Shown piece by piece: positions 45,401-58,300 of a DNA stretch of 64,000 nt. A model generated the notes under the pieces. That model was not told the origin of the DNA. It saw only the letters and a program-made list of their open reading frames with translations, and did no database searches. The stretch covers positions 44,578,001 through 44,642,000 of the forward strand of contig OZ024744.1 of NCBI GenBank assembly GCA_964016885.1. Direction: 5' to 3'. Position numbers and translations under genes: made by a program. This DNA is from Eledone cirrhosa (lineage: Eukaryota). Numbering within the stretch: the first letter of the stretch is position 1; every line of letters starts with the position of its first letter.

Positions 45401-48400
45401 CTTTATATTAGACACAACCCTATATTACCTCTATATTAGACACCACCCTATGTTACCTCTATATTAGACACCACCCTATGTTACCTCTATAATTGACACG
45501 ACCATATAATACCTATACATTAGACACCACCCTATATTACCTCTATATTAGACACCACAATATGTTACCTCTATATTAGACACCACCGTATGTTACCACT
45601 ATAATAGACACCACCCTATATTTCCTCTATAATAGACAACACCCTATGTTACTATATAATAGACACCACCCTATGTTACGTCTATAATAGACACCACCCT
45701 ATGTTACCTCTATAATAGACACCACCCTATGTTACCCCTATATTAGACACCACCCTATGTGACCTCTATATTAGACACCACCCTACGTTATCTCTCTATT
45801 AGACTCTACCATATATTACCTCTATATTAGACACCACCAGATATTACCTGCGATATTACCAGCCTATGTTACCTCTATATTAGACACCACCCTATGTTAC
45901 GTCTATAATAGACACCAACCTATCTTCCTCTATAATTGACACCACCCTATAAATCCTCTATATTAGACACCACCCTATGTTACCTCTATAATGACTCCCC
46001 TTTATATTACCTCTATATTAGACACTACCCTATGTTATGTCTATATTAGACACCACCCTATATTACCTCTATATTAGACACCACCCTATGTTACCTCTAT
46101 ATTAGACACCACCCTATGTTACCTGTTTATTACACACCACCCTATGTTACCTCTATAATGACTCCCCCTTATATTACCTCTATATTAGACACTACCCTAT
46201 GTTATGTCTATATTAGACACCACCCTATATTACCTCTATATTAGACACCACCATATATTACCTCTATATTAGACACCACCCTATATTACCTCTCTATTAA
46301 ATGACACCCTGTGTTTCCTCTATAATAGACACCCCCCCTATAATACCTCTATACTAGACACCACCCTATGTTTCCTCTGTATTAGATGCCACCCTATATT
46401 ACCTCTATAACAGAGACAACCCTATGTTACCTCTATATTAGACATCACCCTATGTTATCTCTATATTAGACACCACCCTATGTTAGCTCTGAATTAGACG
46501 CCACTCTATATTAGACACCATCGTATGTTACCTCTATAATGGACACCACCCTATGTTAACTCTATATTAGACACCACCCTATGTTACCCCTTTATTAGAT
46601 GCCACCATATATTACCTCTATATTAGACACCACCCTATGTTACCTCTATAATGACACAAACCCTATGATTTCTCTATATTAGACACAACCCCATATTACC
46701 TCTATAATGACACCACCCGATGTTACCTCTATATTAGACAACACCTTATGTTACCTCTATATTAGACACCACCTTATGTTACCTCTATCATTGACACAAC
46801 CATATAATACCTCTATATTAGACACCACAATATGTTACTTCTATAATAGACACCCCCCTATGTTACCTCTATAATAGACACCACCCTATGTTACCTCTAT
46901 AATAGAACCCACCCTATGTTACCTCTGTAATAGACACCACCTTTGTTACTTCTGTATTAGACACCACACTATGCTACCTCTATAATGGACACCAGCCTAT
47001 GTTACCTCTATATTAGACACCACCTTATGTTACCTGTATATTAGACACCATGCTATGTTTCCTCTCTATTAGACACTACCCTATATTCCCTCTATATTAG
47101 ACACCACCAGATATTAACTGCATATTAGACACCACCCTACGTTATGTCTAAATTAGACACCACCCTATGTTATGTCTATATTAGACACCACCCTATATTA
47201 CCTCTATAATAGACACCACCCTATGTTACCTCTATAATAGAAACCACCCTATAACACCTCTATATTAGACACCACCCCATATTACCTCTATATTAGACAC
47301 CAGCCTATATTACCTCTATATTAAACAACACCCAATGTTTCCTCTATAATAGACACCACCCTATAATACCTCTATACTAGACACCACCCTATATTTCCTC
47401 TGTATTAGATGCCACCCTATATTACCTCTATAATAGACACAACCCTATGTTACCTCTATATTAGACATCACCCTATGTCATCTCTATATTAGACACCACC
47501 CTATCTTACCTCTGTATTAGACGCCACCCTATATTACCTCTATATTAGACACCACCCTATGTTACCTCTATATTTGACGCCACCATATATTACCTCTATA
47601 TTAGACACCACCCTATGTTACCTCTATAATGACACCACCCTATGTTTTCTCTATGTTAGACACAACGCTCTATTACCTCTATAATGAAACCACCCGATGT
47701 TACCTCTATATTAGACAACACCTTATGTTACCTCTATATTAGACACTACCCTATGTTACCTCCATAATTGACACGACCATATAATACTAGACGCCACCCT
47801 ATATTAGAGACCACCCTATGTTACCTCTATAATGACTCCCCCTTATATTACCTCTATATTAGACACTACCCTATAATACCTCTATACTAGACGCCACCCT
47901 ATGTTTCCTCTGTATTAGATGCCACCCTATATTACCTCTATATTAGACACCACAATATGTTACCTCTATATTAGACACCACCCTATGTTACCTCTATAAT
48001 AGACACCACCCTATGTTCCTCTATATTAGACACCACCCTATGTTACCTCTATAATAGACACCACCCTATGTTCCTCTATATTAGACACCACCCTATGTTT
48101 CCTCTGTATTAGACACCGCCCTATATTACCTCTATAATAGACACCACCCTATGTTACCTCTGTATTAGACACCATCCTATGTTACCCCTATATTAGACAC
48201 CACCCTATGCTACCTCTATAATGGACACCAGCCTATGCTACCTCTATATTAGACACCACCCTATGTTACCTCTCTATTAGACACTACCCTATATTACCTC
48301 CATATTAGACACCACCAGATATTACCTGCATATTAGACACCAGCCTATGTTACCTCTATATTAGACACCACCCTATGTTACCTCTATAATAGACACCACA

Positions 48401-51400
48401 CTATCTCCCTCTATAATTGACACCACCCTATAAATCCTCTATATTAGACACCACACTATGTTACCTCTATAATGACTCCCCCTTATATTACCTCTATATT
48501 AGACCCTACACTATGTTACCTCTATAATGACATCACCCTATGTTACCTCTATATTAGACACCACCCTATATTACCTCTCTATTAAACAACACCCTGTGTT
48601 TCCTCTATAATAGACACCACCCTTTAATACCTCTGTTTCCTATGTATTAGATGCCACCCTATATTACCTCTATAATAGTCACAGCCCTATGTTACCTCTA
48701 TATTAGAAATCACCCTATGTCATCTCTATATTAGACACCACCCTATCTTACCTCTATATTAGGATGCCACCCCATATTACCCCTATATTAGACACCACCC
48801 TATGTTACCGCTATATTAGACACTACCCTATATTACCTCTATATTATACACCACCAGATATTACCTGCATATTAGACACCACCCTATGTTATGTCTATAT
48901 TAGACACCACCCTATATTACCTCTATAATAGACACCACCCTATATTACCTCTATATTAGACAACACCCTATGTTATGTCTATATTAGACACCACCCTATG
49001 TTACCTCTATAATAGACACCACCCTATGTTCCTCAATAATTGACACCACCCTATAACACCTCTATATTCGAGACCACCCTATGTTACCTCTATAATGACA
49101 TCACCTTATGTTACCTCTATATTAGACACCACCCTATATTACCTCTATAATAGACACCACCCTATATTACCTCTATAATAGACACCACCCTATAATACCT
49201 CTATACTAGACACCACCGTATGTTTCCTCTGTATTAGATGCCACCCTATATTACCTCTATAATAGTCACAACCCTATGTTACGTCTATATTAGACATCAC
49301 CCTATGTCATCTCTATATTAGACACCACCCTATGTTACCTCTTTATTAGACGCCACCATATATTACCACTATATTAGACACCACCTTATGTTACATCCAT
49401 ATTAGACACAACCCTATATTACCTCTATAATGACACCACCCGATGTTACCTCTATATTAGACAACACCTTATGTTACCTCTATATTAGACACCACCCTTT
49501 GTTACCTCTATAATGGACACCACCCGATGTTACCTCTATATTAGACAACACCTTATGTTACCTCTATATTAGACACCACCTTATGTTACCTCTATCATTG
49601 ACACAACCATATAATACCTCTATATTAGACACCACAATATGTTACTTCTATAATAGACACCCCCCTATGTTACCTCTATAATAGACACCACCCTATGTTA
49701 CCTCTATAATAGAACCCACCCTATGTTACCTCTGTAATAGACACCACCTTTGTTACTTCTGTATTAGACACCACACTATGCTACCTCTATAATGGACACC
49801 AGCCTATGTTACCTCTATATTAGACACCACCTTATGTTACCTGTATATTAGACACCATGCTATGTTTCCTCTCTATTAGACACTACCCTATATTCCCTCT
49901 ATATTAGACACCACCAGATATTAACTGCATATTAGACACCACCCTACGTTATGTCTAAATTAGACACCACCCTATGTTATGTCTATATTAGACACCACCC
50001 TATATTACCTCTATAATAGACACCACCCTATGTTACCTCTATAATAGAAACCACCCTATAACACCTCTATATTAGACACCACCCCATATTACCTCTATAT
50101 TAGACACCAGCCTATATTACCTCTATATTAAACAACACCCAATGTTTCCTCTATAATAGACACCACCCTATAATACCTCTATACTAGACACCACCCTATA
50201 TTTCCTCTGTATTAGATGCCACCCTATATTACCTCTATAATAGACACAACCCTATGTTACCTCTATATTAGACATCACCCTATGTCATCTCTATATTAGA
50301 CACCACCCTATCTTACCTCTGTATTAGACGCCACCCTATATTACCTCTATATTAGACACCACCCTATGTTACCTCTATATTTGACGCCACCATATATTAC
50401 CTCTATATTAGACACCACCCTATGTTACCTCTATAATGACACCACCCTATGTTTTCTCTATGTTAGACACAACGCTCTATTACCTCTATAATGAAACCAC
50501 CCGATGTTACCTCTATATTAGACAACACCTTATGTTACCTCTATATTAGACACTACCCTATGTTACCTCCATAATTGACACGACCATATAATACTAGACG
50601 CCACCCTATATTAGAGACCACCCTATGTTACCTCTATAATGACTCCCCCTTATATTACCTCTATATTAGACACTAGCCTATAATACCTCTATACTAGACG
50701 CCACCCTATGTTTCCTCTGTATTAGATGCCACCCTATATTACCTCTATATTAGACACCACAATATGTTACCTCTATATTAGACACCACCCTATGTTACCT
50801 CTATAATAGACACCACCCTATGTTCCTCTATATTAGACACCACCCTATGTTACCTCTATAATAGACACCACCCTATGTTCCTCTATATTAGACACCACCC
50901 TATGTTTCCTCTGTATTAGACACCGCCCTATATTACCTCTATAATAGACACCACCCTATGTTACCTCTGTATTAGACACCACCCTATGTTACCCCTATAT
51001 TAGACACCACCCTATGCTACCTCTATAATGGACACCAGCCTATGCTACCTCTATATTAGACACCACCCTATGTTACCTCTATATTAGACACCACCCTATG
51101 TTACCTCTCTATTAGACACTACCCTATATTACCTCCATATTAGACACCACCAGATATTACCTGCATATTAGACACCAGCCTATGTTACCTCTATATTAGA
51201 CACCACCCTATGTTACCTCTATAATAGACACCACACTATCTCCCTCTATAATTGACACCACCCTATAAATCCTCTATATTAGACACCACACTATGTTACC
51301 TCTATAATGACTCCCCCTTATATTACCTCTATATTAGACCCTACACTATGTTACCTCTATAATGACATCACCCTATGTTACCTCTATATTAGACACCACC

Positions 51401-54400
51401 CTATATTACCTCTCTATTAAACAACACCCTGTGTTTCCTCTATAATAGACACCACCCTTTAATACCTCTGTTTCCTATGTATTAGATGCCACCCTATATT
51501 ACCTCTATAATAGTCACAGCCCTATGTTACCTCTATATTAGAAATCACCCTATGTCATCTCTATATTAGACACCACCCTATCTTACCTCTATATTAGGAT
51601 GCCACCCCATATTACCCCTATATTAGACACCACCCTATGTTACCGCTATATTAGACACTACCCTATATTACCTCTATATTATACACCACCAGATATTACC
51701 TGCATATTAGACACCACCCTATGTTATGTCTATATTAGACACCACCCTATATTACCTCTATAATAGACACCACCCTATATTACCTCTATATTAGACAACA
51801 CCCTATGTTATGTCTATATTAGACACCACCCTATGTTACCTCTATAATAGACACCACCCTATGTTCCTCAATAATTGACACCACCCTATAACACCTCTAT
51901 ATTCGAGACCACCCTATGTTACCTCTATAATGACATCACCTTATGTTACCTCTATATTAGACACCACCCTATATTACCTCTATAATAGACACCACCCTAT
52001 ATTACCTCTATAATAGACACCACCCTATAATACCTCTATACTAGACACCACCGTATGTTTCCTCTGTATTAGATGCCACCCTATATTACCTCTATAATAG
52101 TCACAACCCTATGTTACGTCTATATTAGACATCACCCTATGTCATCTCTATATTAGACACCACCCTATGTTACCTCTTTATTAGACGCCACCATATATTA
52201 CCACTATATTAGACACCACCCTATGTTACATCCATATTAGACACAACCCTATATTACCTCTATAATGACACCACCCGATGTTACCTCTATATTAGACAAC
52301 ACCTTATGTTACCTCTATATTAGACACCACCCTTTGTTACCTCTATAATGGACACCACCCTATGTTACCTCTATATTAGACAGCACGCTATGTTACCTCT
52401 ATAATTGACACAAGCATATAATACCTCTATATTAGACACCACCAGATATTACCTCTGTATTGGATGCCACCCTATATTACCTCTATATTAGACACCACCC
52501 TATGTTACCTCTATAATGACACCACCCTATGTTACATCTATATTAGACACAACCCTATATTACCTCTATAATGACACCACTCGATGTTACCTCTATATTA
52601 GACAACGCCTTACGTTACCTCTATAATAGACCCCACCCTATGTTACCTCTATAATGGACACCACCTTATGTTACCTCTATAATGACACCACCCTATGTTT
52701 TCTCCATATTAGACACAACCCTATATTACCTCTATAATTGACACGACCATATAATACCTCTATATTAAACACCACACTATATTACCACTATAATAGACAC
52801 CACCCTATATACCTCTATAAGAGACAACACCCTATGTTACCTCTATGGTACACACCACCCTATGTTACCTCTATAATAGACACCACCCTATGTTACCTCT
52901 GTAATAGACACCACCCTTTGTTACCTCTATATTAGACACCACCCTATGCTACCTCTATAATGGATACCAGCCTATTTTACCTCTATATTAGACACCACCC
53001 TATGTTACCTGTATATTAGACTCCACCCTTATTACCTCTATATTAGACACCACCCTATATTACCTCTATATTAGACACCACCCTATATTACCTCTATATT
53101 AAAAAACACCCTTTGTTTCCTCTATAATGGACACCACCATATAATACCACTATATTAGACGCCACCCTATGTTTCCTCTGTAATAGATGCCACCCTATAT
53201 TACCTCTATAATAGAAACAACCCTATGTTACCTCTATATTAGACATCACCCTATGTCATCTCTATATTACACACCACCCTATCTTACCTCTGTATTAGAC
53301 GCCACCCTATATTACCTCTATATTAGACACCACCCTATGTTACCTCTATATTAGACACCACCCTATGTTGCCTCTCTATTAGACACTACCCTATATTACC
53401 TCTATATTAGACACCACCAGATATTACCTGCACATTAGACACCACCCTATGTTATGTCTATATTAGACACCACCCTATATTACCTCTATAATAGACACCA
53501 CCCTATATTACCTCTATAATAGACACCACCCTATGTTACCTCTATAATAGACACCACCCTATGTTACCTCTATAATGACATCACCCTATGTTACCTCTAT
53601 ATTTGATACCACCCTATATTACCTCTATATTAAACAACACCCTGTGTTTCCTCTATATTAAACAACACCCCATAATACCTCTATACTAGACACCACCCTA
53701 TGTTTCCTCTGTATTAGATGCCACCCTATATTACCTCTTTAATAGTCACAACCCTATGTTACCTCTATATTAGACATCACCCTATGTCATCTCTATATTA
53801 GACACCACCCTATCTTACCTCTCTGTTAGACGCCACCCTATATTACCTCTATATTAGACACCACCCTATGTTACCTCTATAATGGACACCACCCTATGTG
53901 ACCTCTATATTAGACACCACCCTATGTTACCTCTTTATTAGATGCCACCATATATTACCACTATATTAGACACCAGCCTATGTTACCTCTATATTAGACA
54001 CCACCCTATGTTACCTCTATAATGACACCACCCTATGCTTTCTCTATATTAGACACCACCCTATATTACCTCTATAATAGAGACCACCGTATGTTATCTC
54101 TATAATAGACACCACCCTTTGTTCCTCTATAATTGACACCACCCTATAACATCTGTATATTAGACACCACCCTATATTACCTCTATATTAGACACCACCC
54201 TATATTACCTCTATATTAAACAACACCCTGTGTTTCCTCTATAATAGACACCACCCTATCATACCTCTATACTAGACACCACCCTATGTTTCCTCTGTAT
54301 TAGATGCCACCCTATATTACCTCTATAATAGACACAACCCTATGTTACCTCTATATTAGACATCACCCTATGTCACCTCTATATTAGACACCACCCTATC

Positions 54401-55364
54401 TTACCTCTGTATTGGACGCCACCCTATATTACCTCACCATTAGACACCACCCTATGTTACCGCTATAATGGACACCACCCTATGTTACCTCTATATTAGA
54501 CACCACCCTATGTTACCTCTTTATTAGACGCCACCATATATTACCTCTATATTAGACACCACCCTATGTTACCTCTATAATGACACCACCCTATGTTTTC
54601 TCTATATTAGACACAACCCTATATTACCTCTATAATGACACCACCCGATGTTACCTCTATATTAGACAACACCTTATGTTCCCTCTATATTAGACACCAC
54701 CCTATGTTACCTCTATATTAGACACCACCGTATGTTACCACTATAATAGACAACACCCTATGTTACCTCTATAATAGACACCACCCTATGTTACCTCTAT
54801 AATAGACACCACCCTATGTCATATCTATAATTGACACCACCCTATAACACCTCTATATTAGACATCACCCTATGCTACCTCTATAATGGACACCAGCCTA
54901 TGTTACCTCTATATTAGACACCACCCTATGCTACTTCTCTATTAGACACTACCCTGTGTTATCTCTATAATAGATACCACCCTATATTACCTCTATAATA
55001 GACACCACCCTATGTTCCCTCTGTAATAGACACCACCCTTTGTTACCTCTTTATTAGACGCCACCATATATTACCTCTATATTAGACACCAGCCTATGTT
55101 ACCTCTATAATAGACACCACCCTATGCTACCTCTATAATGACACCACCCCTTAATACCTCTATAATGACACCACCCTATATTACCTCAATATCAGACACC
55201 ACCCTATGTTACCTCTATATTAGACACCACCCTATGTTTACCTCTATATTAGACACCACCCTGTGTTATCTCTATAATAGATATCACCCTATATTACCTC
55301 TATAATAGACACTACCCTATATTACCTCTATAATAGACACCACCCTAAATTACTTCTATAATAG
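30404..55364. repeat. 28-bp satellite array (~25 kb uninterrupted)
   Basis: Continuous monomers ending abruptly at ...TACTTCTATAATAG (55364). Confidence 0.97.
37225..52455. repeat. Nested higher-order repeat: 2 x 7611 bp, each containing 2 x ~2807-2835 bp
   Basis: Rare variants recur: GATATTACCAGCC at 38241/45852, AGCACGCTATG at 44771/52382, GGATGCCACCCC at 41151/43986/48762/51597, GAACCCACCC at 39294/42101. Confidence 0.9.
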
Positions 55365-58300
55365 GTGGTGGAGTTTGTAGTGGTGGTGGTGGGGGACGTT
55401 GTACTCCTGGTAGTGGTGGAGGATAAAGTGGTGGTAGTGGAGGTTGAAGTGGTGGTTGTATTGTTGGTGGTGGAGGTTGTAATGTTGGAGATTGTAGTGG
55501 TGGGTGGTGGTTGTAGAGGTGTCGAAGCTTGGTGTAGCGGTGGTGCTGTTGGTTGTAGTGCTGGTTGTCGAGGATGTAGTGGTGGTGGTGGAGGTTGTAA
55601 TGGTGATGGTGGAGGTTGTAGTAGTGGTCGTGGAGGTTGTAGTGGTAGTGGTATTTGTTGAAATGTTGGTAGTGGAGGTTGAAGTGGTGGTGATGGAGGT
55701 TGTAGTGATGGTGCGGATTTTGAAATGGTGGTGGTGGAGGTCGAAGTGGTGGTGGTGGAGGTTGAAGTGGTCTTGGTTGATGTTGTAGTGATTGTTGTGG
55801 AGCTTGTAGTGGAGGTGTTGGTGGTGGTTGTAGTGGTGGTGGTTGAGCTTTTAGTGGTGGTGGTGGTGGTGGTGGACGTTTTCGTGGAGGTGGTGGTGGA
55901 GGTTTAGTGGTGGAGGTTGTAGAGGTGCAGATTGTAGTGGTCGTTGAGGCTGTTGTGGTGCTTGTGGTGGAGGTTGTATTGGTGTTTGTGAATGTTGTAG
56001 TGGTGGTGTTGGTGGAGGTTATAGTAGTGGTGGTGGTGTTGTTGGTGGAGGTTTTAGTGGTGGTAGGGGAGTTTGAAGTGGTGGTGGTGGAGGTTGAAGT
56101 GGTGGTGGTGGTGTTGGTGGAGGTTGTAGTGGTGGTAGGCGAATTTGAAGTGGTGGTGGTGGTGGTTGAAGTTGTAGTGGTGGTGGTGGATGTTTTAGTG
56201 GAGGTGCTGTTGGTTGTTATGTTGGTGGTGGAGGTTTTAGTGGTGGTGGTGGAGGTAGTAGTGGTGGTGGTAGTGGTGGTGTCGGATATAATGGTGGTAG
56301 TTTAGGTTGTAATGGTGGTGCTGCAGATTGTATTGGTGGAGGTTGTATTGGTGGAGTTTGCAGTGGTGGTGGTGGAGATAGTAGTGGTGGTGATGGAGGT
56401 TGTAGTGGTGGTGGTGGAGGTTGTAGTGGTGCTGGAGGAGGTTATAGTGAAGGTGGTGGTGGTGGTGGTGGTTGAAGTCGTCGTGTTGGTTATATTGGTT
56501 GGAAGTTGTATTGGTGGTAATGGAGGTTGTAGTGGTGGTTGTGGAGGTAATAGTGGTGATGGTGGGGGTTGTAGTGGTGTTGGTGTTGGTTGTAGTGGTG
56601 GTGGTGAAGGTTGTATTGGTGGTGTTGGAGGTTTTAGTGGGGTTAGGGGTGGCAGTTGTAGTGGTGGTGGTGGTGGTTGTGGAGGTTGTAGTGGTGGTGG
56701 TTGTTGTGGTGGTGGTTGAGGTTTTAGTGGTGGTGGTGGAAGTTGTTGTGGTGGTGGTGGACGTTTTAGTGGAGGTGGTGGTGTTTGTTATGGTGGTGCT
56801 GGAGGTTTAGTGGTGGAGGTTGTAGAGGTGCAGATTGTAGTGGTCGTTGAGGCTGTTGTGGTGGTTGTGGTGGAGGTTGTATTGGTGGTTGTGAAGGTTG
56901 TAGTGGTGGTGGTGGTGGTTATAGTAATGGTAGTGGAAATTGTAGTGGTAGTGGTGGTTTTTGTAGTCGTTGTAGTGGTGCTGGTGGTTGTTGTAGTGGT
57001 GATGGTGGGGGTTGTAGTGGTATTGGTGTTGGTTGTAGTGGTGGTGGTGGAGATTGTATTTGTGCTAGTAGAGGTTGTAGTGGTAGTGGTGGCGGTTGAA
57101 TTGTTTGTGGTGGATGTTAAAGTGGTGGTGCTGGAGTTTGTAGTGGTGGTTGTTGAGGTCGTAGTGGTGGTGGCGGAGGTTGAGTGGTGGTGGTGATTGT
57201 AGTGTTGTTTGTGGAGGTTGTAGTTGTGGTGGTGGTTGTACTGGTGGTGGTGGAGGTTGCAGTGGAGGTGCTGGTGGTTGTACTGGTGTTGGTCGTAGTG
57301 GTTGTGGTGGAGGTTGCAGTGGTGATGGTGGAGGTTGATTTGGCAGTGGTGGTGGTTGTAGTGGTGGTGGTTGTTGTAGTGGTCGTGGTGGTAGAGTTTG
57401 TAGTGGGTGTGGTGGATCTAGTGGTGGTGCAGGTTGTAGTGGCAGAAATTGTAGTGGTGGTGGAGGTTGTTATGGTGGTGGTGGTGCTGGTGGAGGTTGT
57501 AGTGTTGATGGCGGAAGTTGTAATGGTGGTGGTGTATTTGTAGTGGAGGTGGTGGATGTAGTAGTGGTGGTGGTGGTTGTAGTGGTTTTTGTTGTGGTTG
57601 ATGTGGTGGTGGTGGTTGTGGTGGTGGAAGTTGAAGTGGTGGTGGTGGCGGTTGTAGTGTTGGTGGTGGTGGTAGTAGTGGTGGTGGTGGTGTTTGTAAT
57701 GGTGGTTGTAGTGGTGGTGGTGTAGGTTGTGGTGATGGCGGTGGCGGTGGTTGTAGTGGTGATTGTGGAGATTGTAGTTGTACTGGTGCAGGTTGTATTG
57801 GTGGTGGTGGAGGTTGTAGTGGTGGTGGTGGTTTTTGAAGTGGTGGTGGTGGAGGTTGAAGTGGTGGTGGAAGTTGTAGTGGTGGTAGGGAAGTTTGAAG
57901 TGGTGGTGGTGGTGGAGGTTGAAGTGGTGGTGGTTGAGATTCTAGTGGTGGTTGTGGAGCTTGTGATGGAGATCGTAGTGGTGGTAGTGGAGGTTTTAGT
58001 GGTGGTGGTGGAAGTTGTAGTGGTGGTGGAGGTTGTACTGGTGGTGGTGAGATTGTAGTGGTGGTGGGGGTGGTTGTAATATTGGTGGTGGAGGTTTTAG
58101 TGGTGGTGGTGGAGGTTGTAGTGCTGGTGGTGGAGGTTGTAGTGCTTGTGGTTGAGTTTGTGGTGGTGGAGGTTGTATTTGTGGTGTTGGAGGTTGTAGT
58201 GGTGGTGGTGGAGGTTGTAGTGGTGTTGGTGGATGTTGTATTGGTGGTTGTGGAGGTCGTAGTTTTGGTGGTGGATGCTCTAGTCGTGGTGGAAGTAGTA

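Noticed and set aside
4264-52935. Short ORFs with TPPYITSILDTTLCYLYIRHHP repeats (4264, 4526, 14961, 23829, 32697, 52738)
   Set aside because: Chance stop-free translations of the 27/28-bp satellite.
2928-55364. CRISPR-like array (28-bp repeat with a short dyad)
   Set aside because: Monomers are directly adjacent with no unique spacers, there are no cas genes, and the context is eukaryotic.
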